DNA from: Sarea resinae
Lineage: Eukaryota
Length of the DNA: 64,000 nt
Assembly (NCBI GenBank): GCA_026026165.1
Contig: JAPEUD010000045.1
Span: forward strand, 1 to 64,000
Direction: 5' to 3'
Part shown: positions 25,944 to 37,161 of the stretch, one piece after another
How positions within the stretch are numbered: position 1 is the stretch's first letter
Layout of the letters: each line of letters begins with the position of its first letter
The notes under the pieces: model-generated
What the model was told of the DNA's origin: nothing
What the model saw: the letters and a program-made list of their open reading frames with translations, nothing else
The model's database searches: none
Program-made: the position numbers and the translations under genes

Positions 25944-26558
25944 CTAGTTGGCGTACTTCTTCACCCACTCCCGTGCTATCCTATCAAACTCCTTTCGGTC
26001 GTTCTTGAATTGCTCCGCAATGCTTGTCTCGACCGCGTCGTCGGGGTTCGGCTCCACCAGAAGATTACGCGCCGCATTGAGCACAGCGGTAAGCTTGCTC
26101 GAAGGCTTCCACTCGTCGCTCTTCAATATTCCTATGCACATCGAGCCCTTATCATCGTTGCTGACGTTTGGATGGTAGATCTTCGTTTGAAAGTTGATGG
26201 TGGGTGGCTTGAAAGGGTAATCGATGGGGAGATCGAGCTTCAATCTAAATACGCCGCCCTGAATATTGTCGATGAGTAAAGACTACCGTCTCGCGCAGTC
26301 ACAGTGACCAACCTCATATGGAGAACCTTCGGGACCATCTAACAAAATCTGCCACTTGAAGAGATCATTCTCGTTGATAGGCTCCGCCTTGACGACTCCC
26401 GTAGGAGGGTCTTTGGTAATTTCCGCGAGTTCCTGGCCAAGTAATCAGTTATTACTGCTCGTTAAGCGGCTTGCAATTATCGTCCCAACATCGACACGAA
26501 CAGCGGACTTGGGCATGAATACCTTGGTAATTCGTTTATTCGCTGTTCCTGACATCAT
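25944..26558 (-). CDS. Ubiquitin-conjugating enzyme E2 (Ubc4/5-related)
   Basis: Introns 26522-26433 and 26312-26259; KRITKELAEI, GPEGSPYEGGVF, YPFKPP, KIYHPNV, catalytic Cys in SMCIGIL, EWKPS, EPNPDD. Confidence 0.93.
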
Positions 26559-28133
26559 GGACGTAGAAGTATGCGCAACGCTGGAACCTGGAAATGCGAC
26601 GAAGACGTAGAAGAAACGATACTTTTCGGAGATCTGGATGACGAAATCAGAGCTAGAAATAGATGTAGACGTCTGAGGGCAGCGGTTTGGCTTTATTGAC
26701 GCTCCAGGGCTGCTGTGAATACTTGAAACCCGACGGGGAAGCATCCCTGCCCAATTGGTCGACATGGACGCCCGAAGCGCATTCTACGGGTGGCCGATCA
26801 AGCCAATCCCTCCATCTCCAACACGACCAACTTCCAATTGCCATTTCGAGATGGCGATCCAATGAGTCTCAAAACTTCTGTAAGGGAGACATGAAGAATA
26901 CAAGGCTCGTCTTTCTTGGCGCCGGAAAGATCGAAGTTCCTGTGTTGACTAAGCTGGAGTAGATGAATCTATATCGGCTCATTTTGTCGATGACCTACTC
27001 TATTCTTAAAAGTCCTTCGGTGTCATCAGCATCAGCCCATTGAGATCAACACAGGAAGCGTTTATCAAGAATGTTCTCATCCAAAGATTTCCGTCAGCGC
27101 ATTTTTCCAATCATTCCTTTACCAGTTCTTTCTGCTTTGGTAAACAGTTCTTCTTGAGCTGAAACCGCTTTGCGGGCCACTTTGTGCGATTATGTGTGTG
27201 GACGTCACATAGAGATCTGTTCGTTGTCGGATCTCTAAAAAAACCAAGGACCGAATTATACAGAAAATATACCATTGATCATGCTATTTCGATCAATGTG
27301 CCAAGTTACCGATACCTCTTTACATATATCAGCTGCTTTACATCCGATTCACTCCTTCTCTTGGTCTCATTTGGATCTTTACTGTATTGCAATTGAACCA
27401 AGCCGTCCGGCGACCTTCGAATCAGCGTCGAATTGGCACTGCACTGCAGCAATTCAGGTTGTAAGCGAGCGTTCTATTCTTGGTGTTTGCTAAATTCAAT
27501 GTTCCTTGCCTTACTCGGTACTGTACGGAGTACCTGGTCGGTATGGTGGGTATTTCGGAATGCTTAGGTGCCCCCCAGGGCTCCAGGGCTGTGAAGAACA
27601 GGAGTGTGGGGAAGAACCAATCGCCGCATTTTGGTCTTTATTGACAACAACAACATTGGCTTGCCATTCGTTCCTGCATTTTTCGATGGGTCCGAACTCT
27701 GCGGATGGACATCATGCACGGGATCATCCACCATCGGGCTTGCTATCGAGGATGAGTCACATGATAAGAATGGCTGTGCAATGTGAGGAATGAGAATGGA
27801 TGGCAGGTGGACCCTTCCAACACCGGCCCAGGATGCGTGATTGGGCCCCGGCGGGCCCCCACACGTGCACATCGATATAGGTGTCGCGACCGTTTCCCAT
27901 CTTCTCTTCCTCTCTTCTTCTCTCTTCCTCACGCTTCCCTCAGAGCCGCCGAAACCTCAACGCAAGAATTCGCATTGGATTCTCGCCAAGACTTCAGGAT
28001 TCCCTCCTTGAGAGTGCACCTCTTCTCGGCGGGCTGTCCTGAAGGCTTCCGGAGCTCCCTCATGCAACGCGCGTCACATTAACCGTCAACGCTCGCTCTC
28101 AGCGTGCCCTCCGCTCGTTTCGATCTCGACAAG

Positions 28134-29074
28134 ATGTTTAAACGCTCTTTTGCTTCCAAGGATCGTGCGGGCAAGGCGACGGCCAAGTCGACGACCAAGT
28201 CGAAACGGTCCTTTCGTGATCATAACAAGCAGAAGTTGCTGCAGCAGAAACTAGACAGCCCGCCTGTTGGCAGGTTCGTGTCGCTTGTAATGTTTCCAGA
28301 TTTCTGCTGATATTTCTCGCAGCACACTGACAAGTCCGATCATTACGCTCGTAATCGGAAGGGAGCAGCGTCTTTTCGCAGCCCACGAGGATGTCCTTTC
28401 GCTCTCGCCTTTCTTCAAGGCGGCATGCAGAGGCCAATTTCTCGAAGCCAACACTCGTCGCGTCGACCTTCCAGACGAAGAGCCCGAAGCCTTTTCCTGT
28501 GTCCTCGAATATCTATACAAGGGTGACTATTATCCCCGTCTGCTTCACGATAAGAGACGCAACTCCTGGGTATTGGAGGACTCCCAGGACCAGATAAATG
28601 GTGGTCGCGGATGCGTTGAGCCTACAACAGACATCTTTGGTGTTGACGGTCCAGTCCTAAGAGACACCGTCATCTATTGCTACGCGGATAAGTACGGCCT
28701 GGAAGAGCTGAAACGTTTGGCTCTACGAAAGCAAGGGCTGCAGAGCGGTATCGAATGTGCCACGGTCCTTCGCTCCGCTCGCTACGCGTACGATCAAACA
28801 CCAGACACGGACTCCCGTCTCCGTGCTCATTATCTTGCCCTGATTATCCGAAGTCGCAAGACTTTCAAGAGGAGTGGAACAATGCAGATGGAGATGGAAA
28901 TCGGTGGTAAAATGTTCTTCGATCTGTTCGTGGCGATGTGCAACCACATGGATGACATTGTGGACATTAGGCACGTCCATACTTCTCTTTCGCCCTTGTG
29001 CTGACTCTTTCTATGCTCTAGTCGAGCATAGCTTACCGTTAAACAGCAACAGCCGATCTCCCAAAACTATCTAG
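28134..29074 (+). CDS. Fungal BTB/POZ-domain protein
   Basis: Intron 28274-28322 joins to TSPIITLVIGREQRLFAAHEDVLSLSPFF..LPDEEPEAFSCVLEYLYKGDYYP..YCYADKYGLEELKRLAL; proposed GC-AG intron 28971-29046 before the final SNSRSPKTI*. Confidence 0.85.
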
Positions 29075-29842
29075 GTTCACATACTGTCACAGCAGAGACG
29101 AGCTCGGTGAAAGACTAAGGGAGTCGAACCAGAATGTGCAGGAAATCAAGCAACCGAGCCTGCTGGACTTTGCTTTACTGCGAAATCTCCACTTCTCAGA
29201 CCTTGAGGTCGGCCAATTTTGGTTATTGTAACCCCCTCCACTCTTTGATCTCCTTGATCATACCCAGTTTCGGTTGAAGGGCGTTATTTGCTTACATGAA
29301 TCCCACTCCCGATCGATCGAGGGAGGAGAAGCGGGGGGAGCTCGGTTCAGCGATTGATTCGCTTTGCTCACTTCTTGATTTCCTCTGTCAACGCCTGTCA
29401 TTGATTTGCTATGCGGCGGCCTTGATGTGAAGCTAGATATCATCTATGCTTCCGGCTGCGCACCTCGTGCTAATCAGGAAATATAATGAGAGATTTGGCC
29501 ACCTCGAATACTTCTTCTGCAAGGAGTGAGCGATAGTCAGGTAGATGACGAGTTGTTGATGCCCATCTTCATCGATGGAAGATTCGGCCAGGAGAACCTA
29601 AATCTCTGTTGGTGAAGTCTACCGGATTGCGCTACGTTATCGCTAGCACATGTTTACATCGAAACGATACTTCCCCAGAAACAATGACGTAAATAGATAC
29701 GCGAGAAATGTGGCGTCGCTATCAATCAGGTTGTGGCACCTCAAACACCATCATCACCTTTATCCTCCTGATCTTTCAATCCCTCATCTAATCCTACAAT
29801 CCTACAATTCTACAGCTACCAGACTCTCAAACACTAGTTGCC

Positions 29843-31247
29843 ATGCTCGATTATTTTTCCCTCAAGAAGGCCAAGAGGCAGCAACCGACCCGTCGCAGAT
29901 CATCAGCCCCAGTGCTTACCGACGAAGACCAAAAATGGCTCGAAAGATTGGCTGCCGAAGGAACGCCACCCGAGCTACCTGAACGTCCGATAGTGCTCAA
30001 TGATGGCCAGGCGGTGACTGGAAAGGATGCTCAGATTGCGCTGATGGATGGAGCGCAGAAGGTTCCTTTACCCGAGACACCTGAAGAGGGCGCAGTTCCA
30101 GCGGCTGAGGACACCGATGCGGGAAATGGTAAAGGAAAAGAGGTCGAGAAGGAGAAGACCAAGAAGAACCGATGGTCTTTCATACCTGGAATCGGCTCCA
30201 AGAAGGTTTGCTGCCGAGCCTTTGAACTAGGGTTTACGACTCACGATTTCAATAGGACAAGGACAATCAGCTAGCTGCAGCCGACCTACAGAGTGCCGCA
30301 GCCGCAGTCAAGGCTGGCGAAGATATTCCGGCTCAAGAAGGCAAGCTGAATTATGATCGAAAGCCGTGTACATTGCTGATGTCATCTAGCTGCTAAGGAA
30401 CAAGAGGACATGGGTAAAGTTCTCGATAATCTCAACTTAGCTGCCATCAACAATCGCGTCTTCAGTCTCTCGGACGAGTCGCAGAACATTCTCAAAAAGT
30501 TCAACCAAGTTCTCAAGGATCTCATTAACGGCGTCCCAACCGCCTACGATGATCTCGAATCGCTACTCAAGAATTCTGACAAGCAATTGCAAGGCATGTA
30601 CGGACACATGCCGCCATTTCTACAGAATCTTATCAAGTCACTCCCGACAAAAATGACAACCACCCTGGCACCGGAGATCCTGGCTGCGGCGGCCGAGAAG
30701 CAAGGGTTAAGTACCAGTGCGGCAACCGCCAAGGCACAGGCGGCTGGTGTTGACGTCGAAGGACAACCTAAGAAGAAGTCCAAGATCCCAAGCTTGAAGT
30801 CTTTGGTCACCCAACAAGGAGCTGTGGCCGGCATGTTGAGATCGATTGTGAGCTTCCTTCGGCTTCGATGGCCGGCGTTCCTTGGAAGCACGAATATTCT
30901 TCTTTCCGTGGCCGTCTTTGGTAAGAAATTACTCCTCCACACCCCTTTTCCATCTAACTGACCACTTAGTCCTTTTGTTTGTGTTCTGGTACTGCCATAA
31001 GCGCGGAAAAGAGGTCCGGTTGTCTCGTGCTGACGCAGAGAAAATCCTGGCCGGAGATTCAGAAATCGGCGGGTCAGAGCTCGGCACATCGGCAGGCGAC
31101 AGCAAAGCAGGACCCAGCGATGAAGCGGAGGCTAGCACTCACTCAGAATCCACAAACGTCAGCGCCTCCAGAGCCGGTGTGTCCGCTCCCTTATCTGACC
31201 CCGCGCAAGTCCCTTTGCCTGAGGGCGATTTGGAGATGACGAAGTAG
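29843..31247 (+). CDS. Conserved fungal hypothetical protein with a C-terminal TM helix
   Basis: Introns 30206-30255, 30341-30389 (GC-AG) and 30921-30969 give one continuous frame: LDNLNLAAINNRVFSLS..LKDLINGVPTAYDDLE..VFVLLFVFWYCHKRGKEVRL. Confidence 0.8.
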
Positions 31248-34045
31248 AAGGGCAGCGAGACTGATAGCTGACGTCAACGGACGGAGCAGGCGAGGGCACG
31301 CGTTCACGGGAGGGCGTGATATGGGGAACCCAAGGAGTAAACAAAGTACACGAGACACGAGACGTAAATGGACGGAATGAAGCACACGCGGTATTGCGAG
31401 CACCTGGATTGGCCGAAGACATCTCTGATGGAAACTCTGAAGCAAGAATGACTACCCAACCTATACCTTCACCTCCAGCCCAAAGTGAAACGAACGGCGT
31501 CGAAATCTCACAAGAAAACTCCCCTGCAATCTCTACCTTTGATCTCCGCGAAGAGCCACCAACGTATGGATTTGTGCTCAATCGCAAGCAACGAGAACAT
31601 GACCGACAAAGGCGACTGCGCCAGGCGCGAAATCGGCGGAATAGATGGGATTATGCGCCTTCGAATGCGCCGCTGGAAAGTATGGAGAGTTGCGTAGTTT
31701 CTTGATGGCGTCTCGTTTCTTTTCACGAATGCGTTTTCTACTACGATAGGTCAACGGGGCGTTTCTTTAACTAGGTGTAATGCAGATAGGACATGTTCTC
31801 CTCTTCTTTCCTTTGTCTATGCTTTCGTTGGACAGGCTATTCAAAATGTTGTTCTTTGGTTTTGGTTGCTCCCTGGAGATTGCTTGGTGTCTTTAGTCGG
31901 GACGGAAAACCAAAGCAGGAAGATGGGATAGGAGGAAGGGGCTGGAGCTGGGTTGCACGGACTGGTGTGGCGGATTTTACTTTCTTTTTTAAACCTAATG
32001 ACGGCACGACTGAGCAATAATATTCGTATGAGATAACCTAAAGCATGCAATCCAAGAAGCCATTGCATATCTGCTGCACGTATCTGCTAAGACGTCAGAT
32101 TCGCAGGGTCACACTCTGCAAATCTCATAGACAGCCAGACGGACAGTAGATAGCTATACGAGCTGTCGTTCAGTATGGAAGCTGTCTAGATTCGGCACGC
32201 CTGCTTGCCGAAGAAGCAATAATACAACAATAGCCCCATTCATGCGTCCGAGAGTTCAGTCAGACAGGGCGCTCCAGCCATTGACGTCGAGAGCAGGCCA
32301 GAGGGCGCAGGAGAAAGCCACTGCCGCGGGCACCACTATTTCTCGCAGATCGCGTCTACAGTGTCAGTAAGGATATCACGGCTACTACGATTGGCAGAGA
32401 AAGCTGGCCTTATCTGTGTCGGTTCAACTGTTTGCTACCTACCTGTTAGGCGCCCTGATGTGCTTTTTTTCTCTGCTGGATGGATTGGATGTTTTCGCTT
32501 GCATACGTCCAGACAAGACACCCTCTTCCTCGTTGAAGCAAGATCGCCGTTGATAGTCCGAAGCGTCGCTCCTCCGTAAAACGCGAATCCGGTCCGTGTC
32601 GTGTCAACAGACAAAAGCCAAAACGTCCGTAGCAAGGGTTTTTGCATTCATCGTCAAGCAAGCAAGCAAGCAAGCATTCGACTCCGGATACTGCTCCCCG
32701 CCCCCCCTTTCCAGTTTCCCCCCCCTGTGGTGATGCCGCGGCAGTGAGTGCAACGGCAATGACTGGCTGACTGGTCACTCTAGCTCCTCCAAGTTCGTCT
32801 GTGATCGGCTTTGTTGCGTTGGAGGACGTGAGCATTGAGTCGTGACTAACTCTGCTAGCTACGAAAAGGGTAAGGCGGGCGGAGCAGCCTCCGAGGAAGG
32901 AGCGGAGGAAGCGAGGGAGCGAGGCAGAGAGGAGGGCGGAAACTAATGTCGGTTGGATGATCCCGACCTGTAGCGGGTCTTCTGCTAGCGAGAAAGGCAA
33001 GCTTTTTTTGCTCCCTTTTGCCCAGGAGACCAACGGAAGCTAAGCTACGGTACTATGTCCGTTGTCGAGCAAAAATGCTTGGAGAATAACGTTGCAGGTG
33101 CCCCGTGTGTATGCACTCCACATGTCAAACTGGGGGCCGTACAGTAGTCGTCGCTCTCGCTCTACACTTTCCCTTACCACATATACACCGCACAGACTCG
33201 ACAGCTGGAGCAGAGCGGGGAATTTGACGTTCGAAGGAGGTGAGGGGGGGAGCTGGTGTCTATCGAGTATCGGCCGATGGGTCATCGAACGCAGCATGGT
33301 GAGGTATTTTCGAGGCGGGCCACTATTGACTTGTGTTACTGCCGCCCGTCCTCACTTACGGACTGCATTGGATGGATGTTTGTCGTATTTCACCGCATTG
33401 TGGAACATGTACAGCGGAAGAGGGAGAGGACGAGGCAGAGAATTGGATAAATTGACGTGGAGACCGAACCGAGCCCAGCCGAGCCGCACGACCTGCAGCC
33501 ATGTAACGCGGCTGTCATGGAAAACGACGGATGCCGTCGAAGTTTCTTCTACCGAGTACTACATACTCTCGATGTCGAATGTCATGTTACTCTCGATCAT
33601 GTCACGATATCCGCAGCTCTCGAATGGTCGAGCTGTCTCAGCAGCAAGTGGTGGACAGAGGCTGTCGCGCATGTGATGGACAGAGACTTGGGCATCGGTG
33701 ATGATGTCCACAGGCAAGGAGAGGAAGAGGGTCGGAAATGGGAATGAGATGTGGCGTTGCAGGTACCGTGAAAGGGAAGCCGCGACAGGGCGAGACGGGG
33801 ACACGGAAAAACTGACGAGGATGGGATCGAGATTTATTCGAGGATCTGAGAGGCAGCGGCGGAAGGTCCGGGAGCTTGTACGACCTTCGGCTCCGAGGAC
33901 CAGGACAGACGGGTACGGGGTCTGTGGTCGACGAGGCTCGGCGCCGAGGAGAAGAAGGAAAAGTCCGTCGGGGCGCCAATCAGATCGTCGATGGCACTGG
34001 GTAAGGCCATCCTGATCTTGATCTGCCGTGTGGGACGTCGGACGG

Positions 34046-34110
34046 CATGACTCGCCATGACTCGCCATGACTCGCAAGGACAGTGCGGGCGCTGGGCGGC
34101 CATGACTCGC
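34046..34110. promoter_or_regulatory. CATGACTCGC x4 (three tandem plus one), TGACTC bZIP-type cores
   Basis: Copies at 34046, 34056, 34066, 34101. Confidence 0.4.
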
Positions 34111-34863
34111 GAGCCGGTGGCCGGGGGGGGGGGTGTTGAAGCTGTGTCAGCAGTACGAATGCTCTCACCACTGCCAACGTGGTGAGAATTGGGTTTTAGG
34201 GCTTGGGGCGGCCTGTGGGCGGCCTGTGGGCGGCCTATGCGACGCGAACGGTAAGCTTTCGGTAACCCATCCGGACCTTGTCATTGCTCTACCTCCCCCG
34301 GGCCCCTGCCCCCAGACTCAAACTCATGATTCCAGGATCCGGTCTTACACGCTAGCTCCAAGGACGCCGTTAAGCCTCTGGAGGCGTTGAAGCCTGCCGT
34401 GGACACGCCAAAGGGCCAACACGCTAGCACGATCGACATATCTATCCCCAGATGAGAAGAAACCTACCGTCCCTAATCTTCCGGGTCACCTCATGTCAGG
34501 CCCTGTTAGACCCGAAACTGACTGTGTGAATTTTCTATCATTTGCGACATGGCCCCATCCCATCTCAGATCGTGCTCTGATAGCAGGCAAACCCGTCGGG
34601 TGCGAAATTTGGCAGTCAGAGCTTAGCATGAGGCTCTCAGGCGACTTTCGGCTCCGAGGGGAGGGGGGAGGGAGGAGGACGCGGACGAGGGGGCCCTTCT
34701 GAGCCTTCTGTTTTCTTATAAGAGCGGATGTCTGTTGGCAGGACCAGACTTTCTTGACCATCCTCATTCAAACGACAAACGATCAACGACGACAAAAGAA
34801 CTCTCTCTCACATCTGGCGCATCTTCTCTCTAGTTGCCAAAACATCCCTTTTCCACAGCCAAG

Positions 34864-35787
34864 ATGTTGGGCTTCAACTCTATGAACCGCTTCCTGGACG
34901 TCCAGGCGGCCAAGCTGGCCAAGTCCCGATACCTCTCTGCCCATGCCTTCCAATACTGCGGTGCCTTCTGCGGTGTCATGTGCTCGCTGTTCTTCTTGCT
35001 GGCCTTCGTCGCGGCTGGCTTCGTCAGCCCCATCAAGCCCTGGTGGAATGCCGAGCAGACGGCCCACCACTACCAAACACATCTTACTGGCGTCCGCGGC
35101 GGTGCTGCCCTCCTGGTCGTGTCCGGCATGTTCTACCTCCCATTCTCAGCCTGCATCTCTTCTCAGATGCGCCGCATCCCGAACCTGCACTACGCCGTGC
35201 ACCAGCTGCAGCTGGCCTCGGCCGCCGCCGGTATCTTCACCTTCATCCTTCCCGGCATCATCCTGGCTGCGACTAGCTACCGCCCTTACCGCAATGTCGA
35301 CATCACTCAGATGTTCAACGACTTCTTCTGGATCTGCGCGCTGATGCCGTGGCCCACCTTCATGGCACAGAATTTCGCCTTCAGCTACGCCATCATCCTG
35401 GACTCGCGCCCGAACCCGCTCTTCCCCAAGTCGCTGTCCATTGTCAACATCGTCGTGCCCTCGCTCTTCACGGGCGCGCTCGGCATCCACTGCCACAAGA
35501 CGGGCGCGACCGCCTACAACGGCGCCATGACCTTCTGGGTGCCGGGCGCGACCTTCTGCGTCCAGCTCGTCGTCGACGCCTACTTCCTGTGGCGCGCCAT
35601 CCAGACCGAGCCCGAGGGCGGCGAGATGGTCGTCGACATGTTCCCCAACAAGATCCCCAACGCCGGCCTGGCCGAGAAGGACCTCGAGTCCGGCGCGTCC
35701 AACGGCAGCGGCAGCGACGAGCCCATTCACGACTCCGCCGCCAACGGCACCACCCACGAGCCCGCCGCCACCAACGGAAAGATATAA
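34864..35787 (+). CDS. Intronless multi-pass membrane protein (about 6 TM), resembling bacterial DUF4386-like proteins
   Basis: ATG 34864, TATAAG at ~34717, strong C-ending codon bias, hydrophobic helices, motifs ISSQMRRIP, TSYRPYR, NDFFW..MPWPTFMAQN, PLFPK, YNGAMTFWVP; family assignment from memory. Confidence 0.8.
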   Translation: MLGFNSMNRFLDVQAAKLAKSRYLSAHAFQYCGAFCGVMCSLFFLLAFVAAGFVSPIKPWWNAEQTAHHYQTHLTGVRGGAALLVVSGMFYLPFSACISSQMRRIPNLHYAVHQLQLASAAAGIFTFILPGIILAATSYRPYRNVDITQMFNDFFWICALMPWPTFMAQNFAFSYAIILDSRPNPLFPKSLSIVNIVVPSLFTGALGIHCHKTGATAYNGAMTFWVPGATFCVQLVVDAYFLWRAIQTEPEGGEMVVDMFPNKIPNAGLAEKDLESGASNGSGSDEPIHDSAANGTTHEPAATNGKI

Positions 35788-36229
35788 TCTCTTCGCTGCG
35801 TCATCCACACACTCGCGCAGGGTTGGTTGCGGGTTTTCGATTCGATTGAGGGAGTGGAGAGGGGGATGATGAAGATGTTACGCCCGTGATTCTTTAATGA
35901 TTTGTTGATTCTTTCCTTTTCTTATGATATCCCAGGGGCCGGAGGTTTTATTGGAGCGAGGAACGGAGAGAGGAAGGAAAAACTTCACTAGAAGAAGAAG
36001 AAGCAGAAGCAGAAATCTGTCTTCTAGACTCACGATCTTTACGATGATAGCGACTTATCACCAACATCAAATACACAAATTAATCTAATACTATATACCC
36101 GATCATACGAGACCAGCAAGTGAAGGGAATGCAAGAGAATCTAGTGCATCTGAGAGAAATTCAAGCCTAGTTTGCTTTTGCTGTTGCTTGGCTTTGCTTT
36201 GTTTGCGCGCTTGCTTGCTTACTTGTATA

Positions 36230-36960
36230 CCTTACTTGCTTATTATTATACCTGCGTAACTAATACTCTAGCTTTTATTGCCTAGGTACCTTAGGTAGCT
36301 TAATTACCTTGTACAGCTAAACGTCAGCGTACCTCTTCCCTCTCCTCTCTCTTTACTAGGCCCTTGTACTGTAGATATATATACAACTAAAGCGTATCTT
36401 CTCTAATCTCTATAGAACTCTCTATACATTTATAAAGCATATCTAAGATACTCTTATACACACTTCTAGATATATCTCTACCTACCTAAGTAATCTTAAA
36501 AGTACCTAAGCGCTTCTTTACTCTTTCTCTATATCTTATTAAGTTCTACTAGTCTCTCTTCTCTAAGACTCTTCTCTAAGTTAGTAGTGTAGGAGTTAGG
36601 AGTTAGGAGATAGAAGTTACTAGAGATAGTAGAGTAAGGTAAGGTAAGGTAAGGTAAGGTAGAGTAAGGTAATAGACTAATTTTTATGTATCTACTCTGT
36701 ACTAGAGAGGATGTAGAAAGAGAGAGAGAGAGAGAGAGTAGCTAGGTAAGGTAGGTAGTAATACAGTGAAGATAGAAGAAGTAGAGGGTAGGATAAGATA
36801 AGATAATACAATACAATACTCTAAGGTAAGATGAGATACGATAAGATACGATAAGATAGCATAGAAAGGCGGAAGGGAAGAGAAAGGAAAAGGGATCGAA
36901 AGAAAACAAAACAGAAGAAGACAAAAAGAAACAGAGAAGGAGCTAATGTACATTTTATAG
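36230..36960. other. AT-rich, TpA-rich RIP-like island with (GTAAG)n and (AG)n
   Basis: Dense TA/CTA/TAG, near absence of CA/TG over long stretches; lies between converging 3' ends. Confidence 0.6.
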
Positions 36961-37161
36961 AAAGGTACCTGGACGGTAATGACGATGAAGATGCATCATC
37001 TCAACGCGACGCTCACGGTCTATTGATCCTTATCCCTCTATGGTACTAACGACAAAGACGGGGAAATTTCCTGTATCGAAACACTACGACGCCCGGGCAA
37101 AAACCGAGCTCCTAAGCGCTCATGCTATGCATGCCATGCCGTGCTGCATGCATACCACGCT

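Noticed and set aside
26700..27200. Stop-interrupted, protein-like reading on the minus strand upstream of the E2 gene
   Set aside because: No recognisable family; a pseudogene call cannot be supported
31750..34800. Possible ncRNA (e.g. telomerase RNA) or genes in the 3-kb gap
   Set aside because: No template-like CTAACCCTAA, tRNA, rRNA or snRNA signature seen, and the ORFs lack motifs; a covariance-model search would be needed to exclude structured RNA
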